Counted from the stretch's first letter, positions 30,046 through 43,412 are shown. The stretch: DNA of 64,000 nucleotides from a bacterium (GCA_031385045.1 JANNBC010000052.1:117359-181358), one strand, 5' to 3'. Numbers and translations are program-made. The notes: generated by a model not told the origin, from the sequence alone.

Positions 30046-33000
30046 ATGGTGAATTTGTATTTCTATAAAATTCGAAAAGTCATGAATCAGTCATCAAGTA
30101 AAAACCGTTTTGGAAAAAGTTTTAATTCACTTTGTTATGCTCTAACCGGTGGAGCCTTCAATGATAATTTTTTTAAAACAGTTTTAGCCTTATTCATTGC
30201 CAGTAATTATTCTGGTCAAAAACAAACTGCCTTAATCAGTTTAACTGGAGCAATGCTTGTTTTACCTTTTATACTTCTTTCGCCATTAGCTGGTTGGTTA
30301 GGGGATAAATTTAGCAAAACAAAAATTACAATTTTCACTCGGATGGTCGAGCCGATTCTTGTGATCGTTGGAAGTTATTTTTTATTCCAGGGTAATACGA
30401 TTGCCTTGCTAGCAGTTCTGTTCATGTTTGGATCACAAAGTGCTTTATTTAGCCCCAGTAAATATGGCCTGATTCCTGAACTTTTAAAAAAAGAGCAATT
30501 ATCCGAAGGTAATGCTTATGTTGAGATTGCCACCTTTGTTGGAATCCTGATGGGTACAATGCTTGCTGGGCAAATTCAAGGATTTGAAAATAAGAATATT
30601 ATTTCTACAATTATTCTTTTAACTGTGGCCTGTGGTTCCGTATATTTTGCGTTTAGCATTAAGCACCAACCAGCGGCAAATCCACAAATCAAGTTTGAAA
30701 AAAATCCTTTTAGTTTTTTCTGGAGAACTTTCTCGGAGTTAAAACAGGATCGAGCACTTTTTTTAGTACTCTGCGCTAGTACCTGGTTTTGGTTTGTAGG
30801 CGCATTGGTCCAACTTTCAATTTTTATTTATGCGCGGGAGTTTCTAAATGCCACTTCTTATCAGACTGGAATCTTGCTGACATTTTTAACTGTAGGAGTG
30901 GGGTTAGGAAGTTTTCTTGCTGGCCGGCTATCTCATGGGCGAGTTGAATTGGGCATCGCACCAGTAGCACTTTTTGGTTTAGCACTTACTAGCTTTTGCA
31001 TTGGACTTTTGCCACTGAAAATATTTTTAGCAACAATTATTTTTGCCGTGTTAGGGTTTTGTTCTGGATTATTTATTGTTCCGCTCAATGCTTATTTTCA
31101 AATGGCTAGTCCCTCCGAAAAACGGGGGGCTTATCTCGGTACTGCTAATTTAGTTTTTAATATTGCTATTGTTTTAGCGAGCATCACACTTTGGTTATTT
31201 ACCGGAATTCTTAATTTACCTGTTACATTCCTATATTTATTTGTCGGAATCAGTTCCTTAATTTTAATTTCAATCGCTTTTCGAGTCATGCCAGTATTAA
31301 TTTTTAGATGCTTTAGTTGGATACTTTGTAATAGTATCTATCGCTTAAAAATTGTGGGGGATGAAAATATTCCTAAGATTGGTGGCGGGTTACTTGTTTG
31401 TAATCATATCTCTTATCTGGATGCAATCTTTATTCTGGCAGCGGCTAAGCGACCAGTTAGATTTATTATGTATAAGCCGTTTACCGAGTTGCCAGTGATC
31501 GGAAGATTAGTGAAGGCCATGTCGGTAATTCCAATTAATGAAAAAGATGCTACCTCGGAAATTCGAAAGGCTTTAAAGCAAGCGAAGGAAGCAATTCAAC
31601 AGGGTGAACTAGTTTGTATCTTTGCTGAAGGACAACTTTCGCGTCATGGAAATATGACAGCATTCCTTAGAGGAATGGAATTAATTACTAAAGGACTGAG
31701 CGAGCCAATTATCCCAATTCATCTTGATCAAATCTGGGGTAGCATTTTTAGCTTTGAAAGTGGTAAGACTATTTGGAAGTTACCAAAACAAATTCCTTAT
31801 CCATTAACAGTTAGCTTTGGAAAGCCACTCTCAGCTAACACTTCTGCCTTTGATGTTCGTCAAAAAGTTGCCACTCTGGGAGTGGATTCCTATTACCTCA
31901 GAAAAGTTTATCAGGAGCGTTTAGATTATCGCTTTTTACAATCAATTTCACGCTTACGTTTTAAAAGAATGATGTCTGATAGTTCTGGCAAGTCTTTAAT
32001 TGGCTGTAAGTTCTTGGCCACAACTTTAGCCTTAGTTTCCTATTTAAAAGCTCGCTTGCTGAATCAAACTAACGTTGGAGTTTTACTTCCAAGTGGAATT
32101 ACTGGAGCAAAGATTAATGTCGCTTTGATGCTTGCTGGTAAAGTTGCCGTTAATTTAAATTACACTGCTTCAGCCGAAGGGATTGCCTCTGCAATAAAAC
32201 AAGCGGGAATTAAAACCGTCATCTCTGCTAATAAATTTTTAGATACTTTAAAGTTAGTTTTGCCCGAAGATGTTAAATTAATTGATCTTGAAAAAGGTCT
32301 CGAGGAAATTACCACTGGGGCTAAAATCAAGTCTTTCTTAGTAAGTTTACTGCCACTTTTTCTGCTAAAGATCTTTTTGCTAAATCGCCGAGATTCTTCA
32401 CAAGATACTGCTACAATTATTTTTTCTAGCGGAAGCTCAGGTGAGCCAAAAGGTGTGGTCTTAAGTCATGCTAATATTAGTTCTAACATTCAAGGAGTCT
32501 TTCAAGTTGGCGAGGTCACAAGCAAAGATTCTATGTTGGGAGTTCTGCCGTTTTTTCATTCCTTTGGCTATAGCATTACATTATGGTTCCCATTACTTGC
32601 TGGGATACCGGTGATTTATCATAATAATCCGATGGATGCTGGAACGATTGGAGAGCTAGCTGAAAAATATCAGACTACGATGTTACTTTCTACTCCAACT
32701 TTTTTAAGTGCTTACATTCGCAAGTGTAAGGAAGAACAATTTAAATCACTTCGCTTAGTAATTGTTGGTGCCGAAAAGTTACCTGAAGTTACGGCTAGTA
32801 AATTTACTGAAAAATTTGGGGTAACTCCCTATGAAGGTTATGGGTGCACAGAGTTAGCTCCAGTAATTAGCTTAAATGTTCCTAATCGCCAAGACTCTTT
32901 AGTAAATCAAATTGGTAATAAGCCTGGAAAGGCCGGCCATCCACTTCCAAATATTTCCCTTAAGATTTTAGATCCGGAAACTCGTGCCGAGCTGGGTGTG

Positions 33001-33489
33001 AATCAGAATGGATTGGTGCTCGTTAAGAGTCCGAGTGTAATGAAAGGTTATTTAAACAATCCTATAAAAACAGCCGAAGTTATGGATGGCGAATGGTATA
33101 TTACAGGTGATATTGGAAATTTAGATGAAGATGGATTTTTAGAAATTACAGGAAGAGTAACCCGCTTTAGTAAAATCGCCGGAGAGATGGTTCCTCATGA
33201 AGCTATTGAAAGTGCAATTTTAGTCGCCTTAAATACCAGCGATAAAGTTGTTGCTGTGACTTCTGTCGGAGATGAGAAACGGGGTGAGAAAATTTGCGTA
33301 CTTTATACTATTGAGCTTGATATTAAACTAATGATTGATGCACTAAGTAATCAAGGATTACCAAATCTTTGGATACCAAAGAAAGATGCTTGGATTAAAG
33401 TTTCGGAGATCCCAGTGTTAGGAAGCGGTAAATTAGATTTGAAAGAGATCAAGCGTCAAGCCGAGGATGCGGCGCAAAAAGATAGCTAA
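30046..33489 (+). CDS. aas: MFS (LplT-like) + PlsC acyltransferase + acyl-ACP synthetase fusion (Aas-like)
   Basis: N-terminal MFS (AFNDNFFK), NHISYLD, FAEG, FSSGSSGEPKG, YEGYGCTE, TGD. Confidence 0.88.
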   Translation: MVNLYFYKIRKVMNQSSSKNRFGKSFNSLCYALTGGAFNDNFFKTVLALFIASNYSGQKQTALISLTGAMLVLPFILLSPLAGWLGDKFSKTKITIFTRMVEPILVIVGSYFLFQGNTIALLAVLFMFGSQSALFSPSKYGLIPELLKKEQLSEGNAYVEIATFVGILMGTMLAGQIQGFENKNIISTIILLTVACGSVYFAFSIKHQPAANPQIKFEKNPFSFFWRTFSELKQDRALFLVLCASTWFWFVGALVQLSIFIYAREFLNATSYQTGILLTFLTVGVGLGSFLAGRLSHGRVELGIAPVALFGLALTSFCIGLLPLKIFLATIIFAVLGFCSGLFIVPLNAYFQMASPSEKRGAYLGTANLVFNIAIVLASITLWLFTGILNLPVTFLYLFVGISSLILISIAFRVMPVLIFRCFSWILCNSIYRLKIVGDENIPKIGGGLLVCNHISYLDAIFILAAAKRPVRFIMYKPFTELPVIGRLVKAMSVIPINEKDATSEIRKALKQAKEAIQQGELVCIFAEGQLSRHGNMTAFLRGMELITKGLSEPIIPIHLDQIWGSIFSFESGKTIWKLPKQIPYPLTVSFGKPLSANTSAFDVRQKVATLGVDSYYLRKVYQERLDYRFLQSISRLRFKRMMSDSSGKSLIGCKFLATTLALVSYLKARLLNQTNVGVLLPSGITGAKINVALMLAGKVAVNLNYTASAEGIASAIKQAGIKTVISANKFLDTLKLVLPEDVKLIDLEKGLEEITTGAKIKSFLVSLLPLFLLKIFLLNRRDSSQDTATIIFSSGSSGEPKGVVLSHANISSNIQGVFQVGEVTSKDSMLGVLPFFHSFGYSITLWFPLLAGIPVIYHNNPMDAGTIGELAEKYQTTMLLSTPTFLSAYIRKCKEEQFKSLRLVIVGAEKLPEVTASKFTEKFGVTPYEGYGCTELAPVISLNVPNRQDSLVNQIGNKPGKAGHPLPNISLKILDPETRAELGVNQNGLVLVKSPSVMKGYLNNPIKTAEVMDGEWYITGDIGNLDEDGFLEITGRVTRFSKIAGEMVPHEAIESAILVALNTSDKVVAVTSVGDEKRGEKICVLYTIELDIKLMIDALSNQGLPNLWIPKKDAWIKVSEIPVLGSGKLDLKEIKRQAEDAAQKDS

Positions 33490-33504
33490 TAATCTTTTGT
33501 TGTT

Positions 33505-36500
33505 TTATTTAAAATTATACATGTCCGCAAAGAACCCACTAACTCCGCCTGCTGATTTATAACGATCATTATAGTCAAAGATCGGAGGGTGTCCCCAGGC
33601 TGCCTTTCGACCCATCAGGTCAGCTGCCAGAACTGAACCAAAGTTAGCTGGCCAGTTAACGTGACGGTAATTTGAACCCCAGCTGGAGTTGTCTTGATAT
33701 GGTTCATAGTAGTGACGAATGCCCCATTCAGGTAGTCCAATCTGATTAGGAGTGTAGCCAAGGTTGTTTGGGTTACGCTTTCCTGGTATCGGTGTACCAT
33801 CACGTTGTTTGTCTTGATAAACTTCCTTTTCTGAAACATAGAACGTAGTCATATCTTCCTGAAAATATTCTGGGTGTTTTCCTACGAACTCCAGCAAAGT
33901 TGGATCGTTTAGAGCTACAGCGGCTAAGAAAGCAGGAAACTTCCGCCCACTTCGCTGACCACCATCATGATAGAAGTTCCCTCCGTTGGTACGATAATTC
34001 CAAATGTCTATACCGGCTTGAATCGTCTGAATCATAGCTTTTTCTTTTTCTTCTTGAGACTTATCAAGTTGTAACCACAAACCCACTTTACCCCATTTTA
34101 TAGCGATTTCTCGCCCGTAAGTAGACCAAATATTTCTGCTTGGATCAATATAGCGAGTGGCTACATTAGTCTCCCCAATGTATATTCCAGATACTACGTG
34201 ACCATCCCACTCAAACCATGGTAACGCTGGAAGTCTTTCTTCAATGTAAGCCTGACTTGGCGCACTAGCGGGAATTGGACGAAATTTTTTCAGCACATTC
34301 CAGTTAATCTGACTCTTATTCCATTTCACGGCATGATTTGCTCCGAAAAGTCCGGTACGAAAACTTCCCCTATCTGGTGCCGTGGTTAGAACAGTTAATA
34401 CACAAACGCGATCAACATAATTCGGGTACTTATTTGAAGGACGTGTAATAGAAGAAACTAAGGCATCATTACCATTAATTGTAAGGGGTAGTTGCAAGGC
34501 AACATTTTTCGATGCCTGGTAAGAGGTTGCTGCTAAACCTATACCGTTACTTTCAAAACCCTGATGTGTACCAGCAATCGGATTTAGCATTGAGCCATTT
34601 TGAACATTGGTCACGCTTTCAGATGGGTTTGGACTGATGGCAGTTACAGTTACTGGACCTAAGACCCAAGGCTCTCCATTGGCAAAAGTTCCCATTGGAC
34701 GAGGGTTAGAAAAAGTCCAAGTAATGCCGTAATGAGTGACAGATGAAACTGAGTTGCCCTAGACAATACAAGAACTATCTCCAGCATTTTCAAATCCATT
34801 ATTACATTCTTTCACTATACAATGAGTCCCCCAATTACTCCAATTTCCATTGATACATGATCTAGTTAGTACTCCAGTTCCATTAGGTATAGAGCAACTT
34901 TTTGTTGACTCGCCAATACAGCTGATTGGTGGAGGAGAAGTTGGTACTGGAGTTGGAGTAGCAACAGGTGTTGGATAAGGAGTCGGATTAGTGCCTGGTG
35001 TATTGATTGTAATTGGATTTGTAATATTAGAAACTATTTGGCTCCCAGTAACGGCGTACAGACTAAAAAAGTTTAGTTGTGAAGTTCCTAATTGCGTCTC
35101 TCGAAAAGGATAATTAGTGGCAATTTGAAAAACTTCCCCAGAATCATTCTGCACTGTTACGGAGTATTTTTTATATAATAAATGTACATCCATTGTTACC
35201 AAATATTCTTTTCCAGAAACATAGTTCATTGCTTGAACAGCGGAGTATACAGTTCCATTTCTAGCATCAACCTTACCATTGCTGGCAAATCTTAAAGTTG
35301 TTGCTAGTGAATCATATCCATTGGCAATTCCATTAGATAGTCCAGTTAAAGAATCAATATTATTGCCCTGCGGAATGGTTTTATATGTAATACGAAAACT
35401 TCCTGTTTGCAGGGCAATTGCTTTGCTTTGCCAGACGCCTGAACTTCTTAACTCTGTTGGCGTAGGACTTGGAGCTGGAGGTGTAGGAGTAGTTGCTGGA
35501 GGATTTATACTTTGGGGATTAGAAAATGAAAGAAGTTGATGACTTCCAATATAGGCATAAGAGCTAAGATTATTTAACTGTGTCACATTAGAACCTGCCC
35601 CAGAAGGCAAGATGCGAAAATTATAATTATTAGCAATTGAAAAAGTTTGCCCTTGATCATTTGCAACTGTAATTGAGTACTTTTTGGTTGTAAGATGAAC
35701 ATCCATCGTTACAAAATATTCTTTTCCAGCCACATAACTAACATTCTGTTCTGCCGTGTAAGCTCCACCGTTTATAGCATCAATTTTTCCATTACTAGCA
35801 AATCTGACTGTAGTAGCTAAGGAGTCATACCAATTAGCTGTACCGTTTGATAAGCCTGTTACCGAGTCCATATTATTATTTAGGGGCTTAGCTTTAAAAG
35901 TAACTCGAAAACTTCCTGATTGATTTGTAAAGTTTCTGTTTTGCCAAGAATTTGAAATTGTTAAATCTGGTAATATTGTTGGTGTTGGAGAAATAGTAGG
36001 AATTGGTGTACCAGTTGCTTGCGGTGTAGGAGTAATACTTGGAATCGGAGTACTAGTTGGTTTTGCTGATGGATTCGGATTTGGATTTACTGTTGAAACT
36101 GGTGTTGGCTCTATGACGGGAAGAGTTGCCGGAATTCTAACCTTTAGAGCGAGTGAGTAGTCAGACACTAAACTAACATTGTGGAATTTCTTTAGAGCAA
36201 CAACTTTAACGAAATAGTCAAAATTATTAGATAGATTAGTTAAGATAACTTTGTGATTAGTAGTTCTGGCCAGTTCTTTAAAGCTCGCACCGTTATCACT
36301 ACTTAAATATACTATGTAGGCATCAGCATCACCACTATAGCTTAGCTCTTTGGAGCTATTTGAGAAATTAACACCACTAGGAACTCTAGGAGCTTGTTGA
36401 TTTTGCACTTCAGTACAGACTGACAGATATGCTGTATCTAGAACCTGTCCGTAATTAGTGAAAAATAAAGCATATTCCCTGGCTAATTGTACTTTTAAGA

Positions 36501-37170
36501 TCTCTTGATTTAAGGCCTTTAAGCCAGACGTGTTATTATTTGCTCTTAACTTTTGACGCTTTGCTTCTAATTCTCTTAACTCACTCTCCGTCTTCTTAAT
36601 TACTTTGTTCTCTGATAAGTAACCAAGATAGCTATTAATAGAATCACTAATCGAATATCCGGTAATTTGGTGATTAGGATTAACTTGGGGAGTAGAACCA
36701 CAAGTTAAAATTTGATCATCGAGAAGAATTTTTACTCCAGATTCTAACTTAACTTTCTTGCCTCCAATCTCTAAGCGTGGAAGGCATGCTTTAGTTGCAA
36801 CTGGCGGAGTAAAATTTAAAATTTTAGCGACCAATTTTTCGAAACTATCCTTAAGATATGCCTTTTGTAATTTAGTTTGAAAAATGGAAAGGCCACTAAA
36901 TATCTTCTTGGCTTCTCCTGGCTTTTCAGAAGCTAGATCGATAAATTCATCTTTACAAATACTTAAGTTTAGAGCACCAGCAATTTCTAGCGAAGGTAAT
37001 ACAATTTTTGTTAATTTTGACTTTGGTTTAATTAATGTTTCGGTGTTTTGAAATAAGGAGAAATTAGGAGCTCCAAGAGACGAGAGCAGGCAAGTAAGCG
37101 ATATTAAAAACAAAAATACCCAAACCTTAGCTTTCGTAGAACTAAGAAAATTGTTTGAAATATTATTCAT
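33505..37170 (-). pseudogene. Large secreted multidomain protein interrupted by a single in-frame TAG at 34759-34761 (tracked ORFs 34759-37170 and 33505-34695)
   Basis: The frame reads ...CIV*GNSVSSVTHYGITWTFSNPRPMGTFANG... with no frameshift. It contains an FN3-like domain, Pro/Thr linkers, two ~150-aa repeats and a Cys-rich module. Confidence 0.7.
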
Positions 37171-37411
37171 CCCAGCACTATCAAATTAAATAGATGATCA
37201 AAATACCTCAAATTAAGGTGTAAAACTCCTATGACTTGAGATGCCTATCAAGCAAAAAATGATTCAAATAGCCAATGCTGGGTAATAAACTATCTTTAAA
37301 TAATACTTTGCCTTATTTTTAGCCATTCAAATTTTGATCTTTGTCCTTCATCATCTTGGCCAAGAGGGGGGTTAAAATCTGCTTGCAAGATGCAATTGAA
37401 TTAAAAATTAA

Positions 37412-38389
37412 TTAGTATACTAGTAGTGATGGCCCACCGGAGTAACTTTGTAAGTTTGTTGGATCCTTCTTCACGGCTTTTAGTTTAAATGTTCCTTGCC
37501 AGCCATTTCCATTTCCTGATTGGCTGATAAAATCAGCAATAATAAATTCTTTAATGATAATATCGCTATTACCATTAGTAAAATTACTAGTCAGAACTAA
37601 CTTTAAGTTTGTATTTAATCCATGATCCAATAAATATTTGAAGCCTTCACTCACACCAGCAAAGCCTGTCCCAGGACTCTCCGGTGCACCGATCGCAATC
37701 GGAGCACTACAAACTCCATTGATGATGTTGTATTGGTAAGCATCAGCGCTAGAGTTATTACCTCCAAGGTCAATTTTACCCCAATTGCCAGAAGCGCCCT
37801 TGCCTATAGTGAAGTTACTACCGATTTGTACGGCTAGGGATTCTTGAGGGGTGCCATAGTTGTTATAGATACTACTCTCTCCGATACCAAAGGGCTTATT
37901 GCAGTCAGAAACAATAATATTGTTATTAACGGCAACGGAATCTAAGGCGAGATTAAACAAATTAAATTGAAATATTTTAGCAAAGTATGTTGTGACATCT
38001 CTTTTAGTCAAAACATTAACCGCATTAACAAAATTACCGACACAACTTTGGCAAAGGCAATTTGCACATCCAGGAACACAAGGGGTAAAGGTTTTATTCG
38101 AGGTATTCCAGGTTCCACATTGTACACCAGTGATCTCACCCGGGTTAATATTATTTGCTTGGGCAATCAGCCTAGCTTCCTGATCAATTCGAGCATTGAG
38201 TGTATTGGGAACGAGACTTGTTCCCAGAAGTTTTACTCCGGCTTGAGCCCCAGCATCAGCTGCGGAATGGATTACTCTTTGGTTCCAGAGAGCAACAGAG
38301 ATGTCGACTGCAATGGCAGCAACACCGCACATCGCGGCACTAAGTAGTAATACTATTATTAGAACATATCCGTTCTCACGTTCGTACAT
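37412..38389 (-). CDS. TadG-like pilus assembly protein
   Basis: RENGYVLIIVLL...AVD...AADAGAQAG Tad N-terminal motif. Confidence 0.8.
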   Translation of the reverse strand: MYERENGYVLIIVLLLSAAMCGVAAIAVDISVALWNQRVIHSAADAGAQAGVKLLGTSLVPNTLNARIDQEARLIAQANNINPGEITGVQCGTWNTSNKTFTPCVPGCANCLCQSCVGNFVNAVNVLTKRDVTTYFAKIFQFNLFNLALDSVAVNNNIIVSDCNKPFGIGESSIYNNYGTPQESLAVQIGSNFTIGKGASGNWGKIDLGGNNSSADAYQYNIINGVCSAPIAIGAPESPGTGFAGVSEGFKYLLDHGLNTNLKLVLTSNFTNGNSDIIIKEFIIADFISQSGNGNGWQGTFKLKAVKKDPTNLQSYSGGPSLLVY

Positions 38390-38405
38390 TTGCCATCCAT
38401 TTAAA

Positions 38406-38816
38406 TTATCTCATCACAGCGGAGGAGTTAATCTGAATAACTCCATTCTGTCCTGGTATAATATTTGCAAATACCAACGGCAGATTATATGCAATCTCAA
38501 CTTTAGTTGCGGCTTGACCATTCACTATAAAGTTAGGATCAATATTAATATTTGTTACATTACTAGTCTCAAGAGAGGGGACAATTGTGGAGTTGATAAT
38601 ATTTTGCACGGCTTGTGATTGAGCTTGGGCATTCGCATGAGGTAGAATCGCAGTCCGAACTGCAACTTGAGAAGCATTTTCTAAAACAATCCTTGCTGAT
38701 AGATACATTCCATACTGTATAATACCACTGACGAATAGCAATAATATTGGCAGTACGATTGCTGCTTCGATATAGATACCACCAAATTGTTGATGTTGAT
38801 GGTATTGCAATTTCAT
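38406..38816 (-). CDS. TadE/TadF-like pseudopilin
   Basis: GGIYIEAAIVLPILLLFVSGIIQYG. Confidence 0.85.
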   Translation of the reverse strand: MKLQYHQHQQFGGIYIEAAIVLPILLLFVSGIIQYGMYLSARIVLENASQVAVRTAILPHANAQAQSQAVQNIINSTIVPSLETSNVTNINIDPNFIVNGQAATKVEIAYNLPLVFANIIPGQNGVIQINSSAVMR

Positions 38817-39604
38817 TATTTTGTTTTGTTTATTTGTTGATTCACAACGTTAGCTTGTTCTTGTTTAAGTGCGATATCTTGAGCTCTTAATTTTAACATC
38901 ACTTCTTTATTGATCAGTTGGCCATTATTTAGAATGTAACTTTTTCCACCCAATTCTACTTCTTCGGTTGGATTTTCAGTTGCCGAGATGCCCAATAATT
39001 GCCCCGTCTCAGTTGTTTCCACGCCCTGTAATTCTAAGTCCCCATCACCTCTGAGGCTTAAACTTAAAGAGCCGGGAGATTTTTTTGCTAATTGAATTTT
39101 CTGAGAGTCAGCAATCGTGGCTAATAACGTTACATGTTCCGCTTGAACACTAACGCCATTAACTGCCCCAAGTGGCGCGCTATTTTTATCAGTGCGACGA
39201 CCCGCAGAAAGGACGTGTGCATTTTCAACTATTGTTACTGCCATCGGTTGACCATCTACAATCGTCGTCCAGACTACATCAACCCTAACTCCTGGAGCCA
39301 CCCAACCCTCAACTCCACTAATTGGATCGACTGGGATTGCCACAGCTCTGTGTCCCTTAGGAATTTTAGCAGTGATATCATAACTCACTGGTTCTGGTAG
39401 TCCACCTTCAGGAAGCGCTTTCGGCTCATCTTTAACGTAAACAACTTTGCTCTCCGTGTTTTGAGCACTCATCAATAGATACATTAGCGCCATGATCATT
39501 GCTAGCATAGCAAGGAAAAGTATTGTGAGGAGCGCGCGCTCTTTATTTACCATGTGATGCTCTGGTGATTTATTACTAATACTCGATGTTCCGTAAAAAC
39601 TCAT
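38816..39604 (-). CDS. cpaB: Flp pilus assembly protein CpaB/RcpC
   Basis: IPKGHRAVAIPVD..SGVEGWVAPGVRVDV, LSLSLR. Confidence 0.85.
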   Translation of the reverse strand: MSFYGTSSISNKSPEHHMVNKERALLTILFLAMLAMIMALMYLLMSAQNTESKVVYVKDEPKALPEGGLPEPVSYDITAKIPKGHRAVAIPVDPISGVEGWVAPGVRVDVVWTTIVDGQPMAVTIVENAHVLSAGRRTDKNSAPLGAVNGVSVQAEHVTLLATIADSQKIQLAKKSPGSLSLSLRGDGDLELQGVETTETGQLLGISATENPTEEVELGGKSYILNNGQLINKEVMLKLRAQDIALKQEQANVVNQQINKTK

Positions 39605-39614
39605 TTTTATTTTC

Positions 39615-40895
39615 CTAAACTAAACTAACAATTCTTTCTGATAACTTCTCTGATAAATTCTGAAAGAAATTATGTCTCTGTTTATAATTTGGCTGCATTG
39701 CCGAGTTGCTAATCGGCGCAAAACTTTCCACTAGTCCCATTTCTTGAGCATAAATCTCAAAAACTTTTTTATTATGCTTTGATCCAATCGAGTAAAGTGT
39801 ATTGCCCGAGGCTGGCCATTCATTGGCTGCGGAGTCAAGTTCTAGCGCTGGAAGGAGACAACTATTACTGAGCACTTGGTGGAGCATACTATGCTTATCG
39901 CTTTGTGCGATTAACTTAGATATTTTTTCGGCTTTAATCTTAGTTCCTGAGCGAATAAAATGATTTGTGCCAACTCGATTAATAATTAGTGGCTCAATCA
40001 TTTTCATGAACGATGGGACAGAGGCAAGGCCAAGAACGGAGTCATCAATAACAATTAAATTTGCATCGCTCTTATGAAGTAGAAATCCAGTAGAGGAAGA
40101 TATACGACCTACTGTATCAACAATAATTACGTCAAAAGAGGTTCTAGCATATGATAATATTTGCTCTATTAAATCCATGCAGTCAGGATTGTTAATGAAG
40201 TCTAAGGCAACGGATAATTCTGTTGGAGGAGCTAGGACAGCAAGGGAGTCGTTAATATTAAATAACAAGCTTTCAAAAGCAGTTCGATTGAATTCGTTCA
40301 AACCATTAACCGAGTCTTTAAAGACAGTACCATTTGGTACGCCACCACCTAGAGATCTTGATAGGTCTTGTGATTCAATATCGAAATCCCAAACCAGCGT
40401 CTTCAGTCCATTTTGTGCACATAGTTCTGCAAAGCCTGCTGCAATTGTGCTTGCCCCTACGCCACCCTTGGATTGAGTAATTGTTACTAGTTTTCCAGTA
40501 CTGACAACTCCATTTTTCTTTAAGTTCAGGTGGACAGAAACAAATTCTTGTAGGATATCTAGGACTGAACAGCCGTATGGAAGAATTTTACGAATCTTTG
40601 TTAAGTCATCCGATCTAAAGCTTTGGCTTTGATACTCAGTATCGCTGAGGAAGAGGATAATTTCGATATTTGGATTTAATTCTAAGGATTTTGTAATAAT
40701 TTCAAATCTACGATGAGAAACTTCGATTCCAATGACTAAAATATTCGCATTTCCAACCGATGTTTGATAATTATCTAAGGTTGCTAGCCCAACTTTGATA
40801 TTTAGCGAGTCAATCTCCCGATCTCCAATTGATTTAATACGCCCAGCTAGCTGTTGCGTGCCTTCTACTGTGCTGTTAAGTGCTAGAATTTGCAT
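39615..40895 (-). CDS. CpaE/TadZ-like MinD/ParA-type ATPase with degenerate receiver domain
   Basis: SKGGVGASTIA deviant Walker A, WDFD, VIIVD; Tad context. Confidence 0.78.
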   Translation of the reverse strand: MQILALNSTVEGTQQLAGRIKSIGDREIDSLNIKVGLATLDNYQTSVGNANILVIGIEVSHRRFEIITKSLELNPNIEIILFLSDTEYQSQSFRSDDLTKIRKILPYGCSVLDILQEFVSVHLNLKKNGVVSTGKLVTITQSKGGVGASTIAAGFAELCAQNGLKTLVWDFDIESQDLSRSLGGGVPNGTVFKDSVNGLNEFNRTAFESLLFNINDSLAVLAPPTELSVALDFINNPDCMDLIEQILSYARTSFDVIIVDTVGRISSSTGFLLHKSDANLIVIDDSVLGLASVPSFMKMIEPLIINRVGTNHFIRSGTKIKAEKISKLIAQSDKHSMLHQVLSNSCLLPALELDSAANEWPASGNTLYSIGSKHNKKVFEIYAQEMGLVESFAPISNSAMQPNYKQRHNFFQNLSEKLSERIVSLV

Positions 40896-41300
40896 GAATT
40901 ATCCAAGATTGAATTTAGTATGTTGACAGGTTGAGCATTTTAACTCCAGCACTATTCTTAGTCAAACAAATTCTGCAGTTCTTTCTCTGGAGACTTTTAT
41001 CGTCCTAGGGTTTGGTTTATCCACATATCGAAAAACTAATCTGAGTTTCTAATTGTGGTTTAAAAGTATGTATTATAAAGCTGTTCATACTCTTTGTGTC
41101 TTATGAAGGAGTATAGATTATCATGAATGATTATTCAGTTTTGCCCAGTGAGGAGTGGGAAAAATAAATAGGGAACCAGAAAACTCCCTATTTATTTTAC
41201 GACTAGGATCTGACAAAGTTTTTTAGATAATTCCGCTAGCTTCTCCACCTTTGCTGTGTGCCCAGAGGAAGAAGCTAGCTGAGTAAGGGGTTTACAATTA

Positions 41301-41358
41301 ATCCTTCGTTGCTTCCCCCGTCGCCAAAGATTTGGGGGACAAGCCTGCTACGGCGGAT
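41301..41358. repeat. Nested REP-like element
   Basis: atccttcgttgc[ttcccccgtcgccaaagatttgggggacaagcct]gctacggcggat. Confidence 0.6.
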
Positions 41359-41475
41359 AATCATGCAAGGCCTGATTATATCATGCTTCGGTAACACTCA
41401 GCTGACTCTAGGTGTAACTCAGTATTCATAGTCCTTCGGCATAACTTAAATTATTGCAATCTTAGGTGTCGGCAC

Positions 41476-41506
41476 AAAAAAAGGGAGCTATTTCTAGCCC
41501 CCTTTT
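41476..41506 (-). terminator. Rho-independent terminator for groESL (bidirectional-looking)
   Basis: aaaaaaagggagcta-ttc-tagccccttttt. Confidence 0.65.
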
Positions 41507-41534
41507 TATCGTACAAGTAAATGTATCGCAATCA

Positions 41535-41597
41535 ATCCCCCTTTGCTCCTGCGGAGCTTCCACCTTCGCTTAAGCTTCGGTGGACAAGTCGGAGGAT
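41535..41597. repeat. Nested REP-like element
   Basis: atccccctttgctcctgcggagc[ttccaccttcgcttaagcttcggtggacaag]tcggaggat. Confidence 0.65.
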
Positions 41598-41614
41598 AAT
41601 CATGCAGGTCATGA

Positions 41615-43297
<1,683 letters not shown>

Positions 43298-43412
43298 TCA
43301 AACTATTAAAATTATCTAATTTATAAATAGTAATTTAGTTTTCGATATAATTTGTCTTTGCTATTCAAACTTTGATAAATCCAAGATTTGAAAAAGCGAT
43401 TCTAAATAATAA

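Noticed and set aside
34759..34761. Genome-wide TAG reassignment or pyrrolysine
   Set aside because: TAG terminates conserved genes at their expected ends (e.g. lipB, E2), and no pyl genes are in the window.
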